Notes: a model not told the origin generated them from the sequence alone. Counted from the stretch's first letter, positions 1 through 8,975 are shown. The stretch: DNA of 64,000 bases from a virus (IMGVR_UViG_3300017917_001030:66603-130602), one strand, 5' to 3'. A program made the numbers and translations.

Positions 1-960
1 TTCTTCCGATTCTATGACTCCAATATTGCTGAAGGCATTACTATGACAGGGCAATATGTTATTCAAAAGGTCGGATATGCCTTGGATGAGTATTTGAACA
101 AGGTGTGTGGCACTAAGGATTATAAGTATTCGTTCTATTCAGATACAGACTCTTGTTATATCACTTTAGATCCACTTGTCCAAAAGTTTTATAAGGATCA
201 GTCTAAAGAAAAGATCATTGAGATTCTCGACAAAATCTGTGAGGAAAAGATCGTTGGTGCAATCAACAAGGCGTGTGACGAGCTTTCAAACTACACTAAT
301 GCGTTCGAGAAGAAGATTTACTTCAAGCGAGAAGCGATTGCAGATCGAGGCATCTGGGTTGCTAAGAAGCGATATGCGTTGAATGTGTATAACAACGAAG
401 GTGTTCAATATAAAGAACCTAAGCTGAAGGTCATGGGATTGGAGATTGTCAGATCGTCCACACCCGAGCCTGTTCGTGATGCGCTTAAGCAAGCGGTTAA
501 ACTTGCTCTGACAAGTACCGAGTCCAAACTACAAGATTATATTAGAGACTTCGAGAAAGAGTATCGTAAAATGGATGCGGAACGCATCGCATTTCCTCGC
601 GGAGTAAACGGGCTCGATAAATACAAAGATAGAGCAAATATATATAAATCCGCAACACCGATGCACGTCAGAGGATCGTTGTTGTATAACTTCTATATTC
701 GTGAGAAAAATATTGAAAAAGAGTATGAGGTTATTAATGAAGGTGACAAGATTAAGTTTGTCTATTTGAAAGAACCCAATCTAATTAAAGAAAATTGTAT
801 TGCGTTCATTTCTAAGATTCCGGAAGAATTTAATCTTAGACAGTATGTTGATTATGACACAATGTTTGAGAAATCATTCATTGAACCTCTGACTACTATT
901 CTTAATGGCGTGGGTTGGACAGCTAAGCCACAAGCTACATTGGAAGGATTATTCTCATGA
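1..960 (+). CDS. 43: Family B DNA polymerase (T4 gp43-like), C-terminal part; 5' end lies outside the window
   Basis: Frame is open from position 1 (FFRFYDSNIAEGITMTGQ). Contains motifs YSDTDS, KKRYALN and KLKVMGLEIVRSSTP, and a C-terminal clamp-binding-like LEGLF. Confidence 0.97.
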   Translation, partial: FFRFYDSNIAEGITMTGQYVIQKVGYALDEYLNKVCGTKDYKYSFYSDTDSCYITLDPLVQKFYKDQSKEKIIEILDKICEEKIVGAINKACDELSNYTNAFEKKIYFKREAIADRGIWVAKKRYALNVYNNEGVQYKEPKLKVMGLEIVRSSTPEPVRDALKQAVKLALTSTESKLQDYIRDFEKEYRKMDAERIAFPRGVNGLDKYKDRANIYKSATPMHVRGSLLYNFYIREKNIEKEYEVINEGDKIKFVYLKEPNLIKENCIAFISKIPEEFNLRQYVDYDTMFEKSFIEPLTTILNGVGWTAKPQATLEGLFS

Positions 961-1343
961 ATATTAAAGCAATGATACTCGTAGGTGCACTTGCACTAAC
1001 AGGTTGCAGTTCAGTTAAAGAATGGATACCTAGTTTCTGGGATGATAACCAAAGCAAGGTAACGATTGATCTAAGACAAAGTGTTAATCAATTAGATTGT
1101 TCTAAAGAACACTTACCACAAATTGTTCCTATTAAAACAAATCTAGAATGGCTTCAACTATATTCGGAAAGTAAAAAGACGACCGATGTAATGAAGCTAA
1201 TTAAACCTATGACAGAAACGGTGGATGACTTTTATAATCGTAGTAAACAAAAACAGGGATCCACTGCTTATTGTGAGTTGAAGAAAAAGCTCATGGTTGT
1301 GCAGGCGAGAGCAATATCCGAAACAATACTTAGGAGATTCTAA
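957..1343 (+). CDS. Putative lipoprotein
   Basis: Signal peptide with lipobox LALTG-C; start overlaps the gp43 stop (ATGA). Confidence 0.7.
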   Translation: MNIKAMILVGALALTGCSSVKEWIPSFWDDNQSKVTIDLRQSVNQLDCSKEHLPQIVPIKTNLEWLQLYSESKKTTDVMKLIKPMTETVDDFYNRSKQKQGSTAYCELKKKLMVVQARAISETILRRF

Positions 1344-1573
1344 TGGAACAATTAAGAGGTTTGGTGGGATGCGGACACGCATGGGCTGAGCAACGAGCAC
1401 TTATGGCGCTTGAACTATCAGATCAATACGCCACAAATCAAATTACAAGAGATGAATATCTTGAACTGCTTCAAGACCTAGTTAGAACAGATGTACTAGA
1501 TCAAGAGGCAAATGATATGCAAGTTAAAGCTGCACTTGTTACTGCGGTATATGGATTGATGCAGGTGGTATAA
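1343..1573 (+). CDS. Hypothetical protein, 76 aa
   Basis: Translationally coupled ORF (TAATG overlap). Confidence 0.7.
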   Translation: MEQLRGLVGCGHAWAEQRALMALELSDQYATNQITRDEYLELLQDLVRTDVLDQEANDMQVKAALVTAVYGLMQVV

Positions 1574-2368
1574 TTGAAAACAGCTTTGTTATTTCATATG
1601 TTGGGACTAGGTGATCATATCTCATATAATGGCCTAGCTAGAAGATTGATTTTTGAAAAGCAACTAGAAAAGCTATATATCCTTGCCTGGGAAAAATATG
1701 CTTATCTGGTTGCTTATATGTACAGAGACGAACCAAGAATACAGGTAGTCGCAATTAGAGACGGTGTTGAATACTACGATTCACGCCAAGCAATAATTCA
1801 TTACAATACAGATGCAGTATATCTATTAGGGCATGCTGTATTGCCAGGTCAACCATTTGCGGATGTGGTTAGACCCGACGCAGAATATAAACAAGTATCC
1901 TGGGCTGACCTTTCAGCAAAATATCCGTATGGTCATAGAAATTACTATGAGTTTATGAATATAGATTGGAAGCATCGCTTTACAGATACGATGTATGTTC
2001 GCGATATGCAAGAAGAGCAGCGCCTCTTTAATAAACTAAATCCGAACCATGAGGAATATGTTTTTGTTCAAGATGATCCCAACCGAGGATTTTCTTTTGA
2101 TAAAGACAAAGTATTGAACCTAGTAGGCAAAGATGTTAAAATTATTAGTAATGATACATCCGAGAACTTATTCCATTATGGTTCAATCATCCAAAATGCA
2201 AAGCAAGTTCATTTAATGGAATCGTCATTTAGATGTTTTGTTGAAACAGTTCCAACAGAAGGTGTTGAGTTTTATCTACATCATTACATACGCAATTCTG
2301 AGAGGTTAGTATATGACGGTAAAATATGTCCCGTTGAAACTAGAAAGCCTTGGCAGGTTATACTATAA
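1574..2368 (+). CDS. Putative glycosyltransferase-like protein (GT-B/GT9-like)
   Basis: N-terminal GLGDHI motif and C-terminal IIQNAKQVHLMESSF resemble GT9-like proteins; TTG start. Confidence 0.55.
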   Translation: MKTALLFHMLGLGDHISYNGLARRLIFEKQLEKLYILAWEKYAYLVAYMYRDEPRIQVVAIRDGVEYYDSRQAIIHYNTDAVYLLGHAVLPGQPFADVVRPDAEYKQVSWADLSAKYPYGHRNYYEFMNIDWKHRFTDTMYVRDMQEEQRLFNKLNPNHEEYVFVQDDPNRGFSFDKDKVLNLVGKDVKIISNDTSENLFHYGSIIQNAKQVHLMESSFRCFVETVPTEGVEFYLHHYIRNSERLVYDGKICPVETRKPWQVIL

Positions 2369-2384
2369 TTGAAAAGGAAATAAT

Positions 2385-3464
2385 ATGTCGTTACTAGAGA
2401 AATTAAAAAAGAATTCTACAATTAAAGAAACAGAAATACTTAACAAATCCAAATTCTTCTCTAAGAAGGATATGATTCAGACATCCGTGCCTATGATGAA
2501 CGTGGCATTGTCTGGTAGTTTAGAAGGTGGGCTTACACCTGGTCTAACAGTTTTTGCCGGGCCATCTAAGCATTTTAAAACAGCATTCTCATTGCTGTTG
2601 GCTAAGGCATACACCGACAAATATCCTGATGGTGTTGTTCTATTCTATGATTCAGAGTTTGGTTCTCCACAATCCTACTTCGATAACTTTGGTATTGATA
2701 CGAACCGTATTCTGCATACTCCAATCACAGACATTGAACAGTTGAAGTTTGATGTAATGTCTCAGCTTAATAACATTGAACGAGGTGACCATGTTATCAT
2801 TATCGTTGACTCTGTTGGTAACCTTGCATCTAAGAAAGAAGTTGATGATGCATTGGAAGGAAAGTCTGTTGCGGATATGACACGTGCTAAACAAATGAAG
2901 TCTTTGTTTAGAATGATTACACCGCACTTGACTATTAAAGATATTCCGATGGTTGTTGTTAATCACACCTATGCAGAAATCGGTTTGTATCCAAGACAAA
3001 TTGTTTCTGGCGGAACTGGCATTTACTATTCTGCAGACAACATTTATATCATTGGTCGTCAACAAGAAAAAGACGGTAACGAAATTACAGGTTACAACTT
3101 TATTATCAACGTCGAGAAGTCTAGATTTGTTAGAGAAAAATCTAAGGTGCCAATTGAAGTTACATACGAAGGTGGTATCAGTAAATGGTCTGGCCTACTA
3201 GACATTGCACTTGAATCTGGTCATGTTATCAAACCATCTAACGGTTGGTATTCTAGAGTAAATAAAGAAACAGGTGAAGTTGAATCTAAGAAGTGGCGAG
3301 TAAAAGATACCTACAGCAAAGACTTCTGGCTTGAGGTATTGACGGACAAAACATTCCGCGAATATATTGATAACAAGTATAGAATGGCGGGCGGAGATAT
3401 GTTAAAATCTGCTATGGAAGATATTGATGTGGATGAGGAGTTCGAGAATGCAAGCGATCTATGA
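2385..3464 (+). CDS. uvsX: UvsX RecA-like recombinase
   Basis: Walker A AGPSKHFKT, YDSEFG, DSVGNLASKKE and SGGTGIYYSAD are characteristic of T4 UvsX; AAGGAAA ribosome-binding site. Confidence 0.96.
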   Translation: MSLLEKLKKNSTIKETEILNKSKFFSKKDMIQTSVPMMNVALSGSLEGGLTPGLTVFAGPSKHFKTAFSLLLAKAYTDKYPDGVVLFYDSEFGSPQSYFDNFGIDTNRILHTPITDIEQLKFDVMSQLNNIERGDHVIIIVDSVGNLASKKEVDDALEGKSVADMTRAKQMKSLFRMITPHLTIKDIPMVVVNHTYAEIGLYPRQIVSGGTGIYYSADNIYIIGRQQEKDGNEITGYNFIINVEKSRFVREKSKVPIEVTYEGGISKWSGLLDIALESGHVIKPSNGWYSRVNKETGEVESKKWRVKDTYSKDFWLEVLTDKTFREYIDNKYRMAGGDMLKSAMEDIDVDEEFENASDL

Positions 3465-3753
3465 GCCATGGGCAGTAAGTAAGATTGGTAAGGAAGATCT
3501 TTGGGGTGTAAAAATTATCGAAGGTGAATATAAAGGAGCGATCATTAGTATCAATTCTTTAGACTTCATCGACGATAATTCTGGTGAATGTGCTCTTGAC
3601 TTTAACTTTATCCAAAAGCCCGAAGGCAAAACAGATGAAGATCTAAAGTCGGAGGACTTTAACAAAACACTCACACTTATTATTAATGATATTCTAGAGA
3701 AAGCGGTTAATGAATACAAAGATCGAGACGGTGATTCTATCACAGCTGGTTAA
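3448..3753 (+). CDS. Head vertex assembly chaperone-like protein (T4 gp40 position)
   Basis: Lies between uvsX and gp41 as in T4; WGVKIIEGEYKG...LDFNFI pattern; ATG at 3448. Confidence 0.6.
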   Translation: MQAIYEPWAVSKIGKEDLWGVKIIEGEYKGAIISINSLDFIDDNSGECALDFNFIQKPEGKTDEDLKSEDFNKTLTLIINDILEKAVNEYKDRDGDSITAG

Positions 3754-5110
3754 TGATGATGAGTTTATGAGGAAAACGATCCCGTTCTTGAAGCGGGATT
3801 ATTTTCTAGACTCAAATGAACAGCTAATATTTGATAATATCGTAGGATTTATTGAGCAGTATAATACTATTCCTAACAGAGACGCTTTGATTATTGCTAC
3901 TCAAAATAATAAGTCTTTGAATGATGAACAGTATAAAGAAGTATGTGAACTTATTTCTACATTGGTTCCAAGCGAACATAATAAAGAATGGTTGTATAAG
4001 GAAACAGAAAAGTTCTGTAAAGATAAAGCAATCTATAATGCCATCATGGAATCTATTAAGATCATTGATGGTCGAGATAAAAATAGATCAGAGGATGGTA
4101 TTCCTCAGTTGTTGCAGAATGCACTTGGTGTATGTTTCGACAACAACGTAGGTCATGATTACTTAGATAATTCTGATACTCGTTATGACTTTTACCACAA
4201 GGTTGAATCTAGAATTCCGTTCGATCTAGATTTCTTTAACAAGATTACTAACGGTGGTCTGCCAAATAAAACACTTAATGTTGTATTGGCAGGTACAGGT
4301 GTTGGTAAGTCTTTGTTCATGTGTCACGTTGCTGCATCTGTATTGGCGCAAGGCAAAAATGTTTTGTATATCACTATGGAAATGGCGGAGGAACGTATTG
4401 CTGAGCGTATTGATGCGAACTTGATGAACATCACTATGGATCAGCTTAAAGACTTGCCAAAAGCCATATTCGATAATCGTATTGAAAAGATTAGAAACAA
4501 GACTGAAGGCAAATTGATTATTAAAGAGTACCCTACTGCTGGTGCTCACGTAGGTCACTTTAAATCTTTGTTAAATGAATTGCAGCTAAAGAAACAGTTC
4601 AAGCCTGATATTATTGTTATTGATTACTTGAATATTTGCGCTTCATCTAGATTTAAAGCAAGTGCAGCAACTAACTCTTATACTTTGATTAAGTCTATAG
4701 CTGAAGAACTTCGTGGCCTTGCGGTTGAGGAAAATGTTCCTATTCTATCTGCTACTCAGACTACTCGAGGTGGTTATGGTAATACAGATGTTGAACTGAC
4801 AGATACTTCTGAATCGTTTGGTTTGCCTGCGACAGTAGACTTTATGTTTGCTTTGATTTCCACTGAAGAACTTGAACAGTTGAATCAACTAATGGTCAAG
4901 CAGTTGAAGAACAGATATAATGACCCGACCGCAAATAAACGGTTTGTCATTGGTGTTGATCGAGCGAAAATGAAGTTATATGATTTGGAACAGTCTGCTC
5001 AAAAGGGTTTGACTGACTCAAACATTGATGTTGACACAACCAGAAGTAGCAATTATAATTTAGGTGAAGTATTTAATCGAAGAAGAGACCTATCGTCTAT
5101 TAAGGTGTAA
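3710..5110 (+). CDS. 41: Replicative DnaB-like helicase (T4 gp41)
   Basis: Walker A LAGTGVGKS, YITMEMAEERI, IDYLNI, SESFGLPATVD and QLKNRYND. Confidence 0.97.
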   Translation: MNTKIETVILSQLVNDDEFMRKTIPFLKRDYFLDSNEQLIFDNIVGFIEQYNTIPNRDALIIATQNNKSLNDEQYKEVCELISTLVPSEHNKEWLYKETEKFCKDKAIYNAIMESIKIIDGRDKNRSEDGIPQLLQNALGVCFDNNVGHDYLDNSDTRYDFYHKVESRIPFDLDFFNKITNGGLPNKTLNVVLAGTGVGKSLFMCHVAASVLAQGKNVLYITMEMAEERIAERIDANLMNITMDQLKDLPKAIFDNRIEKIRNKTEGKLIIKEYPTAGAHVGHFKSLLNELQLKKQFKPDIIVIDYLNICASSRFKASAATNSYTLIKSIAEELRGLAVEENVPILSATQTTRGGYGNTDVELTDTSESFGLPATVDFMFALISTEELEQLNQLMVKQLKNRYNDPTANKRFVIGVDRAKMKLYDLEQSAQKGLTDSNIDVDTTRSSNYNLGEVFNRRRDLSSIKV

Positions 5111-5112
5111 AC

Positions 5113-5943
5113 ATGAGAAATTATTGGAGTTGTTCTGATTTTGCTGATTGGGTTCGAGGTATACCTAAAGGCAAAGCCAAGACCGGCAAAGGCTGGGATG
5201 AATGGGAAAAGGAAGCAAAAGAAAAACATCCAATTCGTTATTGGATAGCTGAAGAAGCTCTAGATAGAATTCAGACTTTCGTTCGCCTACCTATTGATAC
5301 ACTGTACAACATCAAATACTACATTAACAATCGTTGGATCACTAAGACTCACGCATTAACAGCACATCCAAACGATATTAAGCGTGGGCAGTGGTGTGAT
5401 CTTAGCCATCGCTTCCTGCCCTGTCTTTTTAATGAGCTACGAGAGTTCGTCGAAGTAGAACTTGCGTGGTGGCACCTTGCTTGGAGCCCTGAAGAAAGAC
5501 CTAAGTATAATATGCCATGGTGGGCAGTAGGTTGGTGGCGTATTAGAACTTGGCGTTGTCCACAAGCTGGTCTAGACAACCTTAAATGGCAAATAAATCT
5601 CAAAGCCGAAGAAAACTATGGTCTGAACCCTGGCGATGAAGGTTACGGAGAACCTACTCGTCAAGCCATTAATGCAAAAGAAATCTACGATCTTTACATC
5701 TGGTGGACAGAGGTTTATCCGAAGAGACCTGATCCACATGACGTTGGCGGTTGGACTGCGTACTGCGAAATGCGTAGAGAAAAAGGTTATAGTCTTCTTG
5801 ACATGGAGTCTGAAACACCTGAAGAAGCAGAGATCGCTAGAGTCGCTCTTGACAAGACACAAGAGATTGAAGAACAATATCGCAAGGAAGACGAAGAAAT
5901 GATGATTCGTCTAATTAAAGTTAGAGATTCCCTTTGGACATAA
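5113..5943 (+). CDS. Hypothetical Trp-rich phage protein, 276 aa
   Basis: Long ORF directly after gp41; no recognised motif. Confidence 0.8.
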   Translation: MRNYWSCSDFADWVRGIPKGKAKTGKGWDEWEKEAKEKHPIRYWIAEEALDRIQTFVRLPIDTLYNIKYYINNRWITKTHALTAHPNDIKRGQWCDLSHRFLPCLFNELREFVEVELAWWHLAWSPEERPKYNMPWWAVGWWRIRTWRCPQAGLDNLKWQINLKAEENYGLNPGDEGYGEPTRQAINAKEIYDLYIWWTEVYPKRPDPHDVGGWTAYCEMRREKGYSLLDMESETPEEAEIARVALDKTQEIEEQYRKEDEEMMIRLIKVRDSLWT

Positions 5944-5954
5944 AGGATAACATC

Positions 5955-6215
5955 ATGGATAAAGTTAAAACTAAATCAACTGCTAGTAAAGTGCCTGCAA
6001 AGAAAGCGACGCCGAAACCAGCAAAGGTTGAAAATATCACATGGCCGAAAATTACAGTAGGCTCACATCTGACCGTCACGGAATTCGATGACGGTCGTAC
6101 TATTTTAGCATGGGATGATGACGTGCTTTTGCAAGAAGTTAGAGCAGCAATCGCATCTGTAGAAAATCAAACCACAACAGAAAGTAAACCTAAGCGTTCG
6201 ACAAAGACTAAATAA
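5955..6215 (+). CDS. Hypothetical basic protein
   Basis: AAGGA ribosome-binding site before ATG 5955; Lys/Ala/Pro-rich N-terminus. Confidence 0.7.
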   Translation: MDKVKTKSTASKVPAKKATPKPAKVENITWPKITVGSHLTVTEFDDGRTILAWDDDVLLQEVRAAIASVENQTTTESKPKRSTKTK

Positions 6216-6225
6216 AGGATCTACT

Positions 6226-6693
6226 ATGTTATTGAAGTTGCTTGAAAAGATCGGTCGAAAAAGAATAATCAAGGACAGACATGGTGATGAATACATGCAT
6301 CGCTACTACCTTGGTTTCAAGGAGAAACAAGATGCATTCGACGATGTTAAACCCTACCCCAACATCTTTATCCACAAAATCTTCAAATCCGACGAAGATA
6401 GAGACCCTCACGATCATCCCTGGACATACCTCACCGTTATCCTCGGTGGAGGATATTGGGAATACACCCCAGTTTTCGACTCAAAAGGCGCCTTTGTTAC
6501 AGAGGTCAGTCGCTGGAGAGGACCTGGAAGCGTTATATGGCGTAGAGCCACCGACCTTCACCGATTAGAAATGACGGAACCTACAACGACTTTATTCATT
6601 CACGGATGGAGAAAGCGAGAGTGGGGCTTTTTGACGAATAAAGGCTGGATTGACCGAATTACTTATATTAAAGGGAAACTTGCAAAGGTATAA
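6226..6693 (+). CDS. Cupin-fold protein
   Basis: PHDHPW...GGYWE...HRLE cupin motifs. Confidence 0.7.
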   Translation: MLLKLLEKIGRKRIIKDRHGDEYMHRYYLGFKEKQDAFDDVKPYPNIFIHKIFKSDEDRDPHDHPWTYLTVILGGGYWEYTPVFDSKGAFVTEVSRWRGPGSVIWRRATDLHRLEMTEPTTTLFIHGWRKREWGFLTNKGWIDRITYIKGKLAKV

Positions 6694-6696
6694 ATA
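6689..6696 (+). promoter_or_regulatory. T4-type late promoter TATAAATA
   Basis: Exact consensus, about 20 nt upstream of ORF 6718. Confidence 0.7.
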
Positions 6697-6717
6697 ATTT
6701 CTGAGGGGGTAGCAATA

Positions 6718-7227
6718 ATGCAAGTTTCCGTAAGAAATGCAAGAGATAGAACGCTGACTACACTTTTAAAGCTAGCAGCCAATTCGTTCGGCAAGGCGTT
6801 GCTATCACCCCAGATGCTCAAAAATATCAATCTTAAGATTATTATCCGTGATCAATTAGACGCAGGTGGGTACTGCGATTACGATCAAGACGATTCAAGT
6901 TGTCCGAGAGATTTCACTATAGAAATCTGCAGAACCAGAAAAAAGATCAATATGTTCAAAGTTCTGGCGCATGAGATGGTTCATGTTAAACAAATCGCTC
7001 GTGGAGAAATGAAGGATAGATACGTAAAGAGCAAATACGTTGTAGTATGGTTTGGTGAAAAATATAGTGAAGAGGATGTTTCTTACTGGGATCAACCATG
7101 GGAGATAGAAGCCTATGGTCTAGAAAATTCCCTTGTTGCAAAATTTCTAGTTGAACACGATCAATTTAAAAATTTAAAGCAAAGGCATAGTGATTGGTTT
7201 GCAGAAGAAGCTCTGAATAGAGAATAA
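6718..7227 (+). CDS. Putative zinc metallopeptidase (HExxH)
   Basis: VLAHEMVHVKQ and YWDQPWEIEA motifs. Confidence 0.75.
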   Translation: MQVSVRNARDRTLTTLLKLAANSFGKALLSPQMLKNINLKIIIRDQLDAGGYCDYDQDDSSCPRDFTIEICRTRKKINMFKVLAHEMVHVKQIARGEMKDRYVKSKYVVVWFGEKYSEEDVSYWDQPWEIEAYGLENSLVAKFLVEHDQFKNLKQRHSDWFAEEALNRE

Positions 7228-7245
7228 CAACTAAAGGAGCGACAA

Positions 7246-7404
7246 ATGGGCAGTATAGTTTTTACATTATATGATATTATTCAGCTCTTACTTATGCTTG
7301 GTGCTTGTTATGCTTGTTATAGATGGGGGCACCATAAAGGTATGAATGATACAATAGATTTCTTCGAAGCGGAAGGTATAATCAAAAGAGAGGAAGAGGC
7401 TTAA
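7246..7404 (+). CDS. Small membrane protein, 52 aa (not in the ORF track)
   Basis: AAGGAG ribosome-binding site; MGSIVFTLYDIIQLLLMLGACYACYRWG... with one hydrophobic helix. Confidence 0.7.
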   Translation: MGSIVFTLYDIIQLLLMLGACYACYRWGHHKGMNDTIDFFEAEGIIKREEEA

Positions 7405-7434
7405 TTTATACCACCGTTGTTCTTTAACAACACC

Positions 7435-7467
7435 GAAAACCCGAGCATTTGACTCGGGTTTCTTTTT
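7435..7467 (+). terminator. Rho-independent terminator overlapping a sigma70 promoter (TTGACT 7449, 17 nt, TATACT 7472)
   Basis: AAACCCGAG/CTCGGGTTT stem followed by a T tract. Confidence 0.75.
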
Positions 7468-7543
7468 CTGTTATACTTATGGTATGGTTACAGAATTTAA
7501 GTCTAGCAAAAAGGTAAAACCTTTTTATTACCTAAAAAAGTGC

Positions 7544-7572
7544 TTGACTCGGTGACCGATTGAACATATAAT
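7544..7572 (+). promoter_or_regulatory. Sigma70-type early promoter
   Basis: TTGACT-N17-TATAAT preceded by AAAAAAGTGC. Confidence 0.85.
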
Positions 7573-7578
7573 AATGGT

Positions 7579-7968
7579 ATGGTTAAGAACTTCATTGTAG
7601 GTAGCGACGTAGAAATCACGACAAAGTGGAAATCAAATCTGCTTTGGCGAGACTATGACGTCAACACTTTCAAGGGCAAAGTAGTTGCAAATCCTAAATG
7701 GCTTGACAACGACTACGTTTCCGTGTATACTGGGAATACAGATTACCCTGTATCCTATATTCACAAGAAGTTCATTGTGGGATTCGATATGGCTGAGAAT
7801 CGTAGCGATCTGCGAATATTCAAAGTCAAATCGAAGACTAAAGGAAGTGTCTACAATGTCACTTCCGTTGGTGGCAAGGTATCTTGCGATTGTGTTGGTT
7901 TCCAATTCCGCAGATACTGTAAGCATTCGGATTCAGTCAAGAAGCTTTTGGACAAAGAAAGTGCTTGA
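7579..7968 (+). CDS. SWIM-type zinc finger protein
   Basis: C-terminal CDC-x-GF-xx-RRYCKH. Confidence 0.75.
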   Translation: MVKNFIVGSDVEITTKWKSNLLWRDYDVNTFKGKVVANPKWLDNDYVSVYTGNTDYPVSYIHKKFIVGFDMAENRSDLRIFKVKSKTKGSVYNVTSVGGKVSCDCVGFQFRRYCKHSDSVKKLLDKESA

Positions 7969-7993
7969 CAAGTTGAACAGAATGCTATATAAT
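7965..7993 (+). promoter_or_regulatory. Sigma70-type early promoter
   Basis: TTGACA-N17-TATAAT, perfect consensus. Confidence 0.9.
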
Positions 7994-8036
7994 TTGACTT
8001 GTGATTGTTTAATATCTTTTGAAAAGGATCTATATT

Positions 8037-8468
8037 ATGTCTAAAACTTCAGCAACATTCACCGTCGCCGGTGTGTCTACTCAGAACGGCGTTACTAAAG
8101 TGCGCTTTGCTAATGACTTGGCATCTCGTGTCAAGCTCTTGTCTAAAGGTGGGCATTCCCCTCTTGAACTTATTGAGTTGCCTAAGGCAATGACTAAGGC
8201 TGAGGCTTGCCAGCATCTTCTTAGTGTTGGCGGAGTGTTCAATCAATGGACTGATCTGATTAATCAGACCATGGATAAGAAGTCTGGCGTTGTTGTGGCT
8301 CAAGCCAAAGCAGCAAAGCCTGCAAAGAAAGCGACCCCTGCTAAAGCTGCAGTACCTGCTAAGAAAGCAGCACCGGCTAAAAAGGCAGTCCCCGCTAAAG
8401 CACCTAAGGCATCTGCCGAAGATGATTTTGAGATTGAGGAATTGAAAGAGCTTGCTGAGGCAAACTAA
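8037..8468 (+). CDS. Hypothetical protein with histone-H1-like PAKKA-repeat tail
   Basis: AAGGA ribosome-binding site; repeated PAKKA/PAKAA units followed by an acidic tip. Confidence 0.75.
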   Translation: MSKTSATFTVAGVSTQNGVTKVRFANDLASRVKLLSKGGHSPLELIELPKAMTKAEACQHLLSVGGVFNQWTDLINQTMDKKSGVVVAQAKAAKPAKKATPAKAAVPAKKAAPAKKAVPAKAPKASAEDDFEIEELKELAEAN

Positions 8469-8531
8469 TTCAAAAAAGTATCACTAGAACCGTTGGTCAG
8501 GCTATATATAATATATAGCAAGGAAAGTAAA

Positions 8532-8648
8532 ATGTTACTAATATCTAAACCCCTACACTGCGAGAGCAATTATATTGGCAGACAGCCAGTAGAAGCCTTT
8601 GCACGCACAAATTCATGGGATGAATTTACCGAGGGGCGGGATAGTTAA
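8532..8648 (+). CDS. Putative attenuator leader peptide, 38 aa, containing all 20 amino acids
   Basis: AAGGAAAG ribosome-binding site; MLLISKPLHCESNYIGRQPVEAFARTNSWDEFTEGRDS*; its 3' part TACCGAGGG is complementary to the 5' arm of the following terminator. Confidence 0.7.
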   Translation: MLLISKPLHCESNYIGRQPVEAFARTNSWDEFTEGRDS

Positions 8649-8669
8649 GTAGTATACTACGTTCTTAAC

Positions 8670-8708
8670 AAAACCCTCGGTACCCCTAAAGTCCGAGGGT
8701 TTTTCTTT
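8670..8708 (+). terminator. Rho-independent terminator (putative attenuator)
   Basis: AAAACCCTCGG/CCGAGGGTTTT stem followed by a T-rich tract. Confidence 0.85.
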
Positions 8709-8735
8709 ATATGACAATTTTTAATAACCTTGTGC

Positions 8736-8764
8736 TTGACAGGGTTTCTAAAAGGTGTTATAAT
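8736..8764 (+). promoter_or_regulatory. Sigma70 promoter at the start of the tRNA array
   Basis: TTGACA-N17-TATAAT with an extended -10 TG. Confidence 0.9.
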
Positions 8765-8794
8765 AAGCATCTGGTTTAGAAGTGTTCTAAACAT

Positions 8795-8807
8795 TGTTCT
8801 TTAAAAA
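8795..8807 (+). promoter_or_regulatory. boxA-like antitermination element
   Basis: TGTTCTTTAAAAA resembles rrn boxA TGCTCTTTAACA and lies between the promoter and the first tRNA. Confidence 0.55.
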
Positions 8808-8821
8808 TTTGCATTCCAATT

Positions 8822-8895
8822 ACCCGGTTAGCTCAAAGGTAGAGCACACGACTGATAATCGTGAGACAGAGGATCGTTACCTCTACTGGGTACCA
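8822..8895 (+). tRNA. tRNA-Ile(GAT)
   Basis: Cloverleaf; anticodon loop CTGATAA; encoded CCA; T-loop ATCGTTA. Confidence 0.92.
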
Positions 8896-8967
8896 TATAA
8901 AAACACATTACGGCAACCTGCCTGAGGGAGAGGATACCGAACTAGTGTCGGGTAGTGTGTTTCTATA
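8896..8967 (+). ncRNA. Family-B long-stem spacer RNA, copy 1
   Basis: TATAAAAACACATTA...TAGTGTGTTTCTATA closing stem, identical to 11437-11523. Confidence 0.55.
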
Positions 8968-8975
8968 TAGTTTAT

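Noticed and set aside
43-960. Treating 43-960 as a complete or split polymerase gene
   Set aside because: The frame is open from base 1 with conserved gp43 sequence, so it is simply truncated by the window edge
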